Sequence record: MN047793.1
DNA: 64,000 nucleotides
Reading direction: 5' to 3' (one strand)
Shown here one piece after another: positions 1 to 9,242 of this stretch (position 1 is its first letter; the number at the start of each line of letters is the position of its first letter). The position numbers and the translations under genes are program-made. The notes under the pieces are model-generated. The model saw only the letters and a program-made list of their open reading frames with translations. It made no database searches and was not told the origin of the DNA.

Positions 1-394
1 CATCCGTAATCGGAAGGTCGCACTTGCTCAGGAAGCTATACAGTTCGTCCACTGCACGCTTGGACGGATTCTGCATCAGGTTCTCTAGGAACGTCAGCAG
101 CGGAGCCACGTTGCCAGCTTCTTCCAATACTGCCAGAATGCGGTCGGTTAGAGCGCCATGAATCGGACGACCGTTGTACATGAGGCGTGAGCCTTCAAGG
201 GTAACCAGACCCTGAGACACCTTGACGATTTCCTTACGGATTTCTACAGCACTACGGACGGCTTCAATGTCGCCAGCAGTGATTGCAGTAATCACTAGGT
301 CGTACTGCGGAGTATTTGATGGAATAATATAATCGGTACCGTCAATAAAGACGGTCACGTTCTGTGACGATTTAATATGTGGGATATGCGGCAT
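1..394 (-). CDS. rIIB: rIIB-like protein, N-terminal part (runs off the window start; not in the ORF track)
   Basis: Manual translation from ATG at 394: MPHIPHIKSSQNVTVFIDG...FLENLMQNPSKRAVDELYSFLSKCDLPITD, a typical rIIB motif; lies directly downstream of rIIA. Confidence 0.8.
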   Translation of the reverse strand, partial: MPHIPHIKSSQNVTVFIDGTDYIIPSNTPQYDLVITAITAGDIEAVRSAVEIRKEIVKVSQGLVTLEGSRLMYNGRPIHGALTDRILAVLEEAGNVAPLLTFLENLMQNPSKRAVDELYSFLSKCDLPITD

Positions 395-452
395 TGAAAC
401 TTCCTTTATAAGTTGAAAGAATTATACAGAGTTATTTGTGTTACGTCAACAA

Positions 453-2657
453 TTACTTGTCAAAATGATTTACATATGCTGCCATGTGTACTGCTTCCGC
501 TTCTTCAAACGCGCCCCAGCTACCACGTGTCGCCGTAACCAGTAGTGGAACCTTTTCATACAGATTTTCTGAATACGTCTGAATAATCTTCAGCGCAGGA
601 TGTCCACCAACGTCATGTGACGCAATATTCATCTGATAGCTATTGACTTGAGCACGTTCCACATAATCCTTCACACGACGGTGCAGCATGCCCATACGGC
701 GAATCTTACTACGGGTTTCCAACTTATCCACCAGACTATTCAAGCGGTCCGTCACAACTCCACGCAATACAGTGTGCATCTTGAGAGCAAGAGCATACCG
801 CTTAACCTTCGGGTCTTCCAGAATTTCCTGACGCTTCTGTTGAACAAAGTCGCTCAGTTCAATCCATTTGATATTGGTCTTTGCCAACTTATCCAAATCA
901 GAAGTACGAATTGCATACAACGGAATATCATTCACCATGCCAGCCATTGTCAACTGGTAGAAGATTCCGGCGGCACCAGCATATGGCGTAGACGTGCGCT
1001 GACGTTCTACCGTCATATAAATGGCTTCGGTTACCGGGTCACCATTCTCATCTTCAAGGGCATCCAGCTTATCATATACACGTTCCCAATTTGCCACCGA
1101 ATCCAAATCATTTGAATTAGTATTGAGATATGCAGTTGGACGGGTGTAATCACGTGGGGTCGTACTCGATGCATAGACAGCCTTTGGTGCATCCGGAAGT
1201 TCACTGTCCAGAATGACTGTAATACTATTCGAACCCAAATAATTCTTAAGGCTCTTAACCAGTTGCTTATCTACCAGCACTTCCTTTGACACCGCTACTG
1301 AATACAGACGGTCCAAAGAATTGTCCAAGAAATAATGGCGCATCTTTGCAATAGGTGCTCGCACGTCATCACTACGCAATACAATTGCATACTTCGTTGT
1401 GTTGTCAGGAGTAATCAGACCCCTGGATTCCGATGAACGAGAACCAGAGAATCCAGAATTTCCATTCGGAGTATATTCAGTAATAGACGCGGCATTACGC
1501 GTACGTGTCACCGTTTGGCCGTTAACATCGGTTGAGTCATAAGATACCGTGAATTCGGGCAGAGCAACAATACTAAAGTAATATTCACCCGCAGTACTAC
1601 GCTTAGCCGGCTTCAAATCCATTTCGTTATCAATGAATTTGGAAAACATGGTGTTGGTATTGATAAAGCGAGCCTTATCATACACATTGGTGAATCGTGC
1701 TAGTTCACCCTTCAGCCACGCAATAACTTCCAAGCGAGCCGTGTCAATCTTATTCTTAATATTGAGGATGGTAAAATCGTTGTATTCCACACCCTCACGG
1801 CTAGCAGTAACACCAATATCACCAATATTAAACTTCAGATGAATACCATAAGGATTCACCACGTCCATGAATGCACGTAGCTCAGCATTCAAATGTGGCT
1901 TCACCAAATCGTAATCCATGGCATAACCTACAGGTCCCTGCACAATGTAATTACGATTACCATAGCGATTCGGTGACACATTCATAACACGAATGTTTTC
2001 CGACTCAAATGCAATGGTGCCAAAGTCTTCGAATTCAAACTTATCGCCACGCTGATAATTTTCGATAATCGGCTTGACTGGCAGGAAACGCAGCTGCTGA
2101 CGCACAGCCGTTTCAAACGAAACGAAGTCAGCTGGCTTCACACCAATCTTGACTTCCACGCCATTACCTTCATCGGTCGGCGATTCCATCATCAGCATGA
2201 TTTGCGGAATGCCATTCATGATGGCAGCGTTATAATGATACTTCGTACCATTATGATTGGAAATCACATTGAATTGGTCAGTGTAAGCGAACGGAGTCTT
2301 AGCACCCAGACCGAATGCACCAACGGCATCGTTAGACTGGTCTTTAGTAGACTCACCATACTGACAGAACACCGTTTCAACTGCTTCCGGTGACAGGCCG
2401 ACGCCAAAGTCACGGATAGACAGCCATGGTTCCATGGGGTCTGGAAGATGGATCACAAATGGACGCTCAGGAGTACCAGCCATCGTATGGCCGTCTAGTG
2501 CGTTACACGAAATTTCGCGAACGATTGAGCCTTGCTTATCCTGATATAGATTGTCCGAAAGGATGCGGAACATCTTTTCGTTATTGGCAATACCAAAGCT
2601 CATGGTTTTGCCAGCACCAGAGACAGTTACAGGAGCAGACTTGGAGCGCAGTTCCAT
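453..2657 (-). CDS. rIIA: rIIA-like protein with N-terminal GHKL/HSP90-type ATPase domain
   Basis: Motifs REISCNALD, IRDFGVGLS and GAFGLGAKTPFAYTD; probable start MELRSK at 2657 after AAGG; adjacent to rIIB. Confidence 0.85.
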   Translation of the reverse strand: MELRSKSAPVTVSGAGKTMSFGIANNEKMFRILSDNLYQDKQGSIVREISCNALDGHTMAGTPERPFVIHLPDPMEPWLSIRDFGVGLSPEAVETVFCQYGESTKDQSNDAVGAFGLGAKTPFAYTDQFNVISNHNGTKYHYNAAIMNGIPQIMLMMESPTDEGNGVEVKIGVKPADFVSFETAVRQQLRFLPVKPIIENYQRGDKFEFEDFGTIAFESENIRVMNVSPNRYGNRNYIVQGPVGYAMDYDLVKPHLNAELRAFMDVVNPYGIHLKFNIGDIGVTASREGVEYNDFTILNIKNKIDTARLEVIAWLKGELARFTNVYDKARFINTNTMFSKFIDNEMDLKPAKRSTAGEYYFSIVALPEFTVSYDSTDVNGQTVTRTRNAASITEYTPNGNSGFSGSRSSESRGLITPDNTTKYAIVLRSDDVRAPIAKMRHYFLDNSLDRLYSVAVSKEVLVDKQLVKSLKNYLGSNSITVILDSELPDAPKAVYASSTTPRDYTRPTAYLNTNSNDLDSVANWERVYDKLDALEDENGDPVTEAIYMTVERQRTSTPYAGAAGIFYQLTMAGMVNDIPLYAIRTSDLDKLAKTNIKWIELSDFVQQKRQEILEDPKVKRYALALKMHTVLRGVVTDRLNSLVDKLETRSKIRRMGMLHRRVKDYVERAQVNSYQMNIASHDVGGHPALKIIQTYSENLYEKVPLLVTATRGSWGAFEEAEAVHMAAYVNHFDK

Positions 2658-2764
2658 TGTGTGAATACCTTTATGTGTAGAAAGTACGTGAATTATAGGT
2701 AGGTCATTTCGTAATGTCAACCCCTATCCGATCATCGGTCAATAGAAGTTAACTCATACCAGCA

Positions 2765-2824
2765 ACTATAAACACTAAATTTTAATTGTCAAGACTTGAC
2801 TTATAATTTAGGTTGCTGTAAAAT
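2765..2824. promoter_or_regulatory. Back-to-back sigma70-type promoters
   Basis: Minus strand TTGACA(2787-2792)-16-TATAGT toward rIIA; plus strand TTGACT(2796-2801)-17-TAAAAT(2819-2824). Confidence 0.65.
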
Positions 2825-2856
2825 GGATGGTAGGCCGGGAGCATAGGATGCTTCAG

Positions 2857-2888
2857 CAAAAAGGCCCGGATTTCTCCAGGCCTTTTGT
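2857..2888. terminator. Bidirectional intrinsic terminator
   Basis: AAAAGGCC-loop-GGCCTTTT hairpin. Confidence 0.7.
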
Positions 2889-3048
2889 TAGTCAGTAATT
2901 ACATGCAGTAAATGCGGCGGTACTAAAGCTTGAACAGCGCGGTATGCTTCTTCGTGTCCATTGGTTTGGTCTTCAGTAGCTCCGTAGGGAATAGCAGCAA
3001 TAGCGGCTAATGCTGCTCTAATCCCATCATAATAATCACTGGACATCA

Positions 3049-3219
3049 TTAACGAATAACTTCGCCAGTTGAACGGTCCATGATGCCGTAGGCAGTCGGA
3101 GAGTTCTGGTTACGCTTGAAGTCACGAGCATCTTCACGAGTTGCGGCGTTCTTTAGAGCCTTGGCAGTACCGGTACGATTGAAGCTCTTCTTGCTGAATA
3201 CAAAATAACGAGTTGACAT
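3049..3219 (-). CDS. Small basic hypothetical protein
   Basis: ORF MSTRYFVFSKK...; in operon orientation. Confidence 0.5.
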   Translation of the reverse strand: MSTRYFVFSKKSFNRTGTAKALKNAATREDARDFKRNQNSPTAYGIMDRSTGEVIR

Positions 3220-3302
3220 GTGGTTTAATTTCCTAAGTTCTGCGGTGTTGCTGTGCAGATGGGAGAATAATACCCACATCTCGTATTCTTGTCAATACTG
3301 TT

Positions 3303-3623
3303 TCAATGAATTTTTTGTCTTTTTGATTCAGCTACCTGAGCATCAAACTCACTAGCACGAATGGCCCGACACGTTGTCATCGGCTTAGGGGTGACAAACA
3401 TATCTTTTCCAATAACAATGAACCCCTCTTTGATTTCTGGACGCTGGTTCACCTTAATGAGATATTCCGATTTGTCTTCACCCACACAGCCGAGATACCA
3501 ATCTTCTCTTCGGTTAGCAGTGTATTCATGATAATCACTCCACCACCAGACCCCAATGAATACGACTAACATGGAATAGGTGAATTTTTCACCTACACTA
3601 AAGTTACTTTGTTTAAGTTTCAT
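3303..3623 (-). CDS. Hypothetical membrane-anchored protein
   Basis: One hydrophobic segment (MLVVFIGVWWW); overlaps the thg1 stop. Confidence 0.55.
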   Translation of the reverse strand: MKLKQSNFSVGEKFTYSMLVVFIGVWWWSDYHEYTANRREDWYLGCVGEDKSEYLIKVNQRPEIKEGFIVIGKDMFVTPKPMTTCRAIRASEFDAQVAESKRQKIH

Positions 3624-4356
3624 ATTCCACTTCGGGTTCTTCTAGTTTTTCAATGTGGAGCGAAACGTAATCTCGGCTCTGACTAAACACCGGAATAAGT
3701 ACGTCAATTTCTTTTGAGATTGAATTATAAGCAAGGCCACGCTTATAATGAATAGCCAAGTCATTCCAGTTAACTGGAATATCCATTTGCATTAGCAAGT
3801 CCTGCACTTCAGCATTGTTCAGTCCATGGCACTTGGCATGGCCTAGATAGTGGGTCGCTACACTACGAATGCTGTTACGCACTGCATCATTCTGACGCCA
3901 GATAAAATAATTGACCACTTCCTCTTTCGGCAGCGTAAATGCACGGGCATCAAACATCGCTAGCGGCTGACCCTCAAACGCCTCTGCTGCCAGCTGATTG
4001 AACTTAGCGGTCGCTAACGATGCTGCTACAGAAACCATCTTCTGTAGATTGTTATCGAACCATGCATCTGTGGTTAGTGTATCGTAATCACGTAGAAGAA
4101 TGCTAATCTCATCTGACTGAGTATAGGCAAACGATGCACCCTGAATATTGTCCACCACGAATTTAGTCGTATGAGCCATGATGGAAATAAACGTGTCATC
4201 ATGCGGACGGTCAAGGCCACGGGTCCACGTATGGAATGCCTTACCATCTAGACGAATGATAACGGGAGTACGACGCATGAATTTAAAACGGTAGACGTTT
4301 TCGTAACCTTTCATGCGGTCGCCGAACGAATCTCCCTTGGGTGCAGATTTTGCCAT
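3613..4356 (-). CDS. thg1: tRNA(His) guanylyltransferase Thg1-like 3'-5' polymerase
   Basis: Motifs GDRMKGYE, IIRLDGKAFHTWT, YTQSDEISIL, FDARAF and YFIWRQNDAVRNSI. Confidence 0.92.
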   Translation of the reverse strand: MAKSAPKGDSFGDRMKGYENVYRFKFMRRTPVIIRLDGKAFHTWTRGLDRPHDDTFISIMAHTTKFVVDNIQGASFAYTQSDEISILLRDYDTLTTDAWFDNNLQKMVSVAASLATAKFNQLAAEAFEGQPLAMFDARAFTLPKEEVVNYFIWRQNDAVRNSIRSVATHYLGHAKCHGLNNAEVQDLLMQMDIPVNWNDLAIHYKRGLAYNSISKEIDVLIPVFSQSRDYVSLHIEKLEEPEVEYET

Positions 4357-4369
4357 TTGAATTTTCCGG

Positions 4370-4846
4370 TTAGGTTCGTGGATTAATATTCCACAACTCT
4401 TTCAGTCTATCATACTTCTGCTTAGACTTGTTGTATTTTTGTACTTCCCGAATGGTAACATGTGCTCGCTTCCTTTCTTCAGAAAGGAGTTCCGTCATCA
4501 CATTATCCATCCGCAACTGGGTAGGTGACCCTATGTTGTATAGAGTATGACTACCAAGCCACTTATCCTTCAATGTGAACAAAGTTAACTTGACATTTTT
4601 AGTACCATCATGGGTAAAACGAATTTGCCGTTCACCCCATGTAAAAATCACGCATTCACTGACATGCCATTTGCCATATTTACGGGCCATTACATCAGGA
4701 GCAATTTCAACTAATGTATTAAAGTTAACATCAGCTGTAGTAAATGGAATAGCATCCGCACAACAACTAAATGCTTCAACATCAGTTGGTCGGTTATAAG
4801 CAATGTACTGCAAATAATCCAGTGCTGCCAAATATAATGGACTCAT
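4370..4846 (-). CDS. Hypothetical protein
   Basis: ORF; probable start MSPLYL at 4846. Confidence 0.5.
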   Translation of the reverse strand: MSPLYLAALDYLQYIAYNRPTDVEAFSCCADAIPFTTADVNFNTLVEIAPDVMARKYGKWHVSECVIFTWGERQIRFTHDGTKNVKLTLFTLKDKWLGSHTLYNIGSPTQLRMDNVMTELLSEERKRAHVTIREVQKYNKSKQKYDRLKELWNINPRT

Positions 4847-4850
4847 CGTA

Positions 4851-5144
4851 TTACCATTGAATGTCGTAAAGCTTTGCCAGATGACTATCAATCGAGGCCT
4901 TAATATGGTCCTCAATCCGCTTGATTTCTGCCTGAATCTTTTGCTCTTCGTTCATGCTAGACGGATAGTTCGTTTCAAAATTCCACGTGGTGGAATCCCA
5001 CACAATCTCATCAGCAAAGTGAATCAGAACAGTAGTACCGTCCGTAGTACCCGTAATCATGCCAAAGCGGTTGACCGGTGTGCGCTCCTTCAACATGAAG
5101 GCAATACGCTCATTCAACTTACGGACAATATCGAACAACATCAT
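4851..5144 (-). CDS. Hypothetical protein
   Basis: ORF in a tightly packed minus-strand operon. Confidence 0.55.
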   Translation of the reverse strand: MMLFDIVRKLNERIAFMLKERTPVNRFGMITGTTDGTTVLIHFADEIVWDSTTWNFETNYPSSMNEEQKIQAEIKRIEDHIKASIDSHLAKLYDIQW

Positions 5145-5197
5145 GATTTCGTAACTCCTTGGTCTAGGGCTAAATTATAGCCCTAATTTGGTGAGAG

Positions 5198-5866
5198 TCA
5201 AGTGAGGTTGATGAATGGCCGCGTCTCACCCGGACCAATCTTGGCAGCACGGTGGTACCCATCTACCAAAAATTTACCCTGATACACAACACCAATTGGC
5301 AAATCGATATCGGCAATTTCGTAGTCATCGACCTCAAAACGCTTCACCCGAGTCATGTAGTCATTGTTATGACGCAAGTCACCTGGGTCAATCCAAATTA
5401 ATCCGAAGCCAGTAGCATCCCGTACTGCATCAATCAAATAGGAATATTCGCGAAGCAGAACAAACTTGACAATCGCCAAAGAATCCTGTTGCAACTTCAA
5501 CATGTTATCAACGTCCTCAAGAAAATCAGATTTCCCATTGAACGACACATCACCAATTTCATCACCGTAATACCCACGGGTTACATCAACGGTCCATTTG
5601 GTGGAATCGTACACCTTGTGCATACGGAACAACCGGTCAATCGCATATTTCTCCATCAGCGTAGGAACATGCTTAGGAAGCCCCCATTGCGTTGGATTCT
5701 TTCCCAAGGGAACCTTAACAATATCCACCGGGAACTCTTTGCGCGGAACCGGACCTACGACAACATTAGCGATTCGAGAACTGCGTTCATTGTCGCTACC
5801 AGTACGGTCATAGTCATACGATGGCTCAATACGCAAATATGATTTAAGAGTATGCGACTTCATCAC
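5198..5866 (-). CDS. Hypothetical protein with C-terminal ParB/Srx-like motif
   Basis: LPIGVVYQGKFLVDGYHRAAK resembles the ParB-N xxDGxHR motif. Confidence 0.5.
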   Translation of the reverse strand: MMKSHTLKSYLRIEPSYDYDRTGSDNERSSRIANVVVGPVPRKEFPVDIVKVPLGKNPTQWGLPKHVPTLMEKYAIDRLFRMHKVYDSTKWTVDVTRGYYGDEIGDVSFNGKSDFLEDVDNMLKLQQDSLAIVKFVLLREYSYLIDAVRDATGFGLIWIDPGDLRHNNDYMTRVKRFEVDDYEIADIDLPIGVVYQGKFLVDGYHRAAKIGPGETRPFINLT

Positions 5867-5879
5867 TAATACCTAAATG

Positions 5880-6167
5880 TTATTTGGTAGACTTAATCTT
5901 GCTAACCAACATATCGACAAGTTGCCAGATTCCAATACCACTACAAATGGCTAAAGAAAGAGGCCACAAGCCCGCCAATAATACAGCGAACATAACCGAC
6001 TCAAACATATCGTCAGCTTCCTCGCCAGGGTAATACCCACGGTGCTTGTATTTGTTAATATTGGATACGGTCATCCCTACCACAACACTGAAGAAAATAA
6101 TCAGCATCAACCACCAACTATTAATATAGATGGTATGAAATACGTCCAGCATTTCAGAGAATGACAT
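5880..6167 (-). CDS. Hypothetical membrane protein (two TM segments)
   Basis: Two hydrophobic stretches. Confidence 0.55.
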   Translation of the reverse strand: MSFSEMLDVFHTIYINSWWLMLIIFFSVVVGMTVSNINKYKHRGYYPGEEADDMFESVMFAVLLAGLWPLSLAICSGIGIWQLVDMLVSKIKSTK

Positions 6168-6605
6168 TAGACTAATCCATGGTTAAGTTGGTAAAGCGTA
6201 ATCCACGGCAAACTGACTCCCACCACTAATGTGAGGAAGTCACTAAACCGCTTGGGGATTCCATACACAGAAATAAGCACCACGCCAAAGACAATGCTAA
6301 TGACGAGAGATACCAATGTAGAAATTTCAGGAAGTGTGTTCATGCATTAATTATAGCACGAACTTTCGTAGTGTCAAGTAATTTTATCTAGTAGTTTCTT
6401 TATCTTACTGGTCGCCCATTATTTCCGAACCTTCATCACAGCCTTTTTACCAACATGTTCAATCAACACAAAACAGATGAATAGCATGACCAGCATGCCA
6501 ACCGCTAACCCCAAAACAAATGCGATGGTATGCGAGAACTGAAACATGGTATAGCCCCTGTATTATAGTAAGGCTATATTAACAGAGTCATTTATAATTG
6601 TCAAG

Positions 6606-6983
6606 TTAGTCTGACAAAACTGTACAGACCACTTTCTCATCAGCAACATGCTTACCCACCAGACGATTAGCTGAATTCAATGCCTGTTCGTATGTAGGAA
6701 AACTCTTGATTACCTCATGCATCAAACCACCATGTACGTCACACGTGGTCACATACACCGAAACACCAATCTTCTCATCCAAGTAAGTAACGTAATACGT
6801 ACCATCATTATTAAGAATGACATCAGCACTCTTAATCGTTGACTTACGTTGCGGTTTGGGCGGTGGTGGTGGATTAGAAGGATTAGAACCTTTCCTAACG
6901 AACTTTACTTGGGTTCTAACTTTCCCCTCAGTAAATCCATTAGTGGCACGACCAGTTAGCCAATTGAATAGACGGTTCATCAT
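6606..6983 (-). CDS. Hypothetical protein
   Basis: ORF with ATGA-type coupling to the upstream gene. Confidence 0.55.
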   Translation of the reverse strand: MMNRLFNWLTGRATNGFTEGKVRTQVKFVRKGSNPSNPPPPPKPQRKSTIKSADVILNNDGTYYVTYLDEKIGVSVYVTTCDVHGGLMHEVIKSFPTYEQALNSANRLVGKHVADEKVVCTVLSD

Positions 6984-7303
6984 TCAGCCACTTTAGCCAC
7001 AACAGCATTTCGGACAATCTCAAGACAGTTTTTAGCTGACCACTGGTCAACCGAACTATCAAACTTTGCAATAGTAATGAACTGCTCAAGGTTACGCAAA
7101 GCTACCGACAATAATGGATGTTCCTTAGCAAGCTTACTAGATGGGTGCAATGGATCAGCACCAATATAAATCGCTTCCGGAGCTTCAGGCCATTCCTTTC
7201 GTAGCGTGGCAAACTCGCCCACATTCCACAAACGAAGAAATTCCAATCCATCATCAGTTTCAAGGGCAAATTGAATTGCCGCCACACTTGCATCATTATT
7301 CAT
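6980..7303 (-). CDS. Hypothetical phage protein
   Basis: ORF coupled to its neighbours. Confidence 0.6.
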   Translation of the reverse strand: MNNDASVAAIQFALETDDGLEFLRLWNVGEFATLRKEWPEAPEAIYIGADPLHPSSKLAKEHPLLSVALRNLEQFITIAKFDSSVDQWSAKNCLEIVRNAVVAKVAE

Positions 7304-7521
7304 CAGTTATTCCTCATAGCGTTAATCATAGCATCCCACACCTTACGGGTCTGTGGGTCCAAGGTACTATATGGCTCACTTTCTGTCCATGAGCCTTCAC
7401 CATATGCAGAGCATAGCACTGTCGGCTGTGGACATGCATGCGAACCAGCAGTCACCATTTTATCTGTCGGAATAATTGGGACCAATACATAACCTTCCGG
7501 AACCGAATATAATTTATTCAT
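7303..7521 (-). CDS. Hypothetical phage protein (PEGYVLVP motif, Eaa/DUF551-like)
   Basis: VPEGYVLVPIIPTDKMVTAG motif, common in small phage proteins. Confidence 0.55.
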   Translation of the reverse strand: MNKLYSVPEGYVLVPIIPTDKMVTAGSHACPQPTVLCSAYGEGSWTESEPYSTLDPQTRKVWDAMINAMRNN

Positions 7522-7850
7522 CGGTCATTTCCTTTAGGGTATAAGGGGTCTTCTACTCCAGTGATCGCATTAATGTCCATTCGACTTAACATACTCTTCT
7601 GAGTACGTAATTCTAATACTACTTGATCCTGTAGTAACACCAATGCACCCATGACCTCATGCAAATGCTCATGAGCAATAACCTTATCTACTCCAGCAGC
7701 AATTGCTAAAGCATGTAATGCATATACTGCATTCGTACCATCTTCATAGGTAGCAGCAGCAATCGCACGGCGTAGGTCTAATGTAGCATTAGCCGTTCGT
7801 CGGATATCCTCATCCGTTACTTGTTTATTTGTATCAATGCGCTTAGACAT
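7518..7850 (-). CDS. Hypothetical protein
   Basis: Probable start MSKRID at 7850 overlapping the upstream stop. Confidence 0.55.
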   Translation of the reverse strand: MSKRIDTNKQVTDEDIRRTANATLDLRRAIAAATYEDGTNAVYALHALAIAAGVDKVIAHEHLHEVMGALVLLQDQVVLELRTQKSMLSRMDINAITGVEDPLYPKGNDR

Positions 7851-8038
7851 CACCAATTCGCCATCGCCATGAACAATAAAACCACCGTTATTACCAGCCA
7901 AATAAAGCCAAGAAACGCACGGCCCACTGGTGCCCATTGGCTAATATCAAAACTCGCAGCAGCGAATGCGCCAGCCATGTAAAAAAGCATAGCACACAAT
8001 ACCGATGCAACAACTACCGCCAATAAATTATTCTTCAT
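7850..8038 (-). CDS. Small two-TM membrane protein
   Basis: Two hydrophobic helices. Confidence 0.55.
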   Translation of the reverse strand: MKNNLLAVVVASVLCAMLFYMAGAFAAASFDISQWAPVGRAFLGFIWLVITVVLLFMAMANW

Positions 8039-8394
8039 GTCCTATCTTCCATATCAATAGCAGCACGTGGACGATTATACAAAATATTACTGTAAATCTC
8101 TTCCACCATTTCCTTCGTCACATAATTACTTGTCCGCTTCCGGTTATAATTATACATGACTTCAGTAATATAATCATCATTTAATTCACGAGGTACTACC
8201 CGATATTCCGATGGAACTTTAGGTGCACGAGATACCAAATTATTATCACTAACCGTCAAGGCCTCAGCCAAGGCCAAACAATCATCGTCAGCCGCTTCCC
8301 ATTGGTCAGGTGACCATGTAAATTTGTCCAGCGCTCCACGTAGCCAAAAGACAACATTGTCTATTAACTGACGTTCATCATGGGTAATGTTCAT
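8035..8394 (-). CDS. Hypothetical protein
   Basis: Coupled ORF. Confidence 0.55.
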   Translation of the reverse strand: MNITHDERQLIDNVVFWLRGALDKFTWSPDQWEAADDDCLALAEALTVSDNNLVSRAPKVPSEYRVVPRELNDDYITEVMYNYNRKRTSNYVTKEMVEEIYSNILYNRPRAAIDMEDRT

Positions 8395-8846
8395 GCAGTC
8401 GCCACCGAATCATCAAGACCATGCTTCAGTGCAATCTCACGAAGACCATCGGTCACCTTAGAACGCCATAACGCCACATCCGTAATGTCAAAGATATTAT
8501 TACCATCATGAACTTGCTGAAACTTCGTCAGAAATTTCAGTCGTGAGTTACACTCACCATTTTCAACCGGCTCACCATCAAGATATAGGGCACTATACAC
8601 CGTAAATATTCCTGCAATGTTCAAGATATAATTATTTTGAACACGACTACTAACCTTCTTAAGCTCATCTTCACTCATAATCAAACCGACTGCACATCGC
8701 AAACCGTTATCTCCAGAGTAAGCACACGTGTCATAACCCGAATGCATACTAGAACAACCCTGCGCAAGCAATCGCACCGAAATGGTGTCAAAAATCTCCT
8801 GCTCAGTCATCGTCTCTACAGCAAGCTTCAGTGAGGTGTCCATCAA
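8391..8846 (-). CDS. Conserved-type phage hypothetical protein
   Basis: QEIFD...LLAQG...CAYSGDNGLRCAVGLI pattern; directly downstream of a consensus promoter. Confidence 0.6.
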   Translation of the reverse strand: MMDTSLKLAVETMTEQEIFDTISVRLLAQGCSSMHSGYDTCAYSGDNGLRCAVGLIMSEDELKKVSSRVQNNYILNIAGIFTVYSALYLDGEPVENGECNSRLKFLTKFQQVHDGNNIFDITDVALWRSKVTDGLREIALKHGLDDSVATA

Positions 8847-8872
8847 ATTATATCCTATGTGTGTAGGCCTAA

Positions 8873-8901
8873 ATTATAAATGATCAGTCACAACCTGTCA
8901 A
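8873..8901 (-). promoter_or_regulatory. Consensus sigma70 early promoter
   Basis: TTGACA-17-TATAAT on the minus strand. Confidence 0.85.
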
Positions 8902-8904
8902 CTA

Positions 8905-9048
8905 CTAATTGCCTAACGACCATAGACAATACATCACACCATGACCAACACTACGACACTCATCCCACTGCCAGCGGATACACCCACCAATCAATAACAC
9001 AAAAACCAATACCCCAGCACCAATCCACAATCGCTCATACCACTTCAT
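8905..9048 (-). CDS. 47-aa membrane miniprotein (not in the ORF track)
   Basis: MKWYERLWIGAGVLVFVLLIGGCIRWQWDECRSVGHGVMYCLWSLGN; RBS GAGAGG; own promoter upstream. Confidence 0.65.
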   Translation of the reverse strand: MKWYERLWIGAGVLVFVLLIGGCIRWQWDECRSVGHGVMYCLWSLGN

Positions 9049-9073
9049 ACACGCCTCTCTTTAGTATTAGCAA

Positions 9074-9102
9074 ATTATAACCAATCGTACCATAACTGTC
9101 AA
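9074..9102 (-). promoter_or_regulatory. Consensus sigma70 early promoter
   Basis: TTGACA-17-TATAAT on the minus strand. Confidence 0.85.
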
Positions 9103-9148
9103 CTACCATCATTCCCACCCAATACCACAGACCCCCGGCCTACCTCCC

Positions 9149-9209
9149 ATTTTACACTATAATTATTTTTTGTCAACCCCTTGACAACACAACTCATTTG
9201 CGGTATGCT
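9149..9209. promoter_or_regulatory. Divergent promoter pair
   Basis: Minus TTGACA(9171-9176)-16-TAAAAT; plus TTGACA(9181-9186)-17-TATGCT(9204-9209). Confidence 0.7.
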
Positions 9210-9242
9210 CTATCTGCCTAGAGCTATACCTGAACAACCAAA

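Noticed and set aside
648-2680. Plus-strand ORFs within rIIA, and similar short antisense ORFs within the ligase, topoisomerase, NAMPT and tailspike genes
   Set aside because: They are shadow frames fully overlapping well-supported genes and have no motifs
8905-9048. C/A-rich stretch first taken for a non-coding simple repeat
   Set aside because: It is the reverse complement of a 47-aa G/T-rich membrane-protein gene with RBS and promoter
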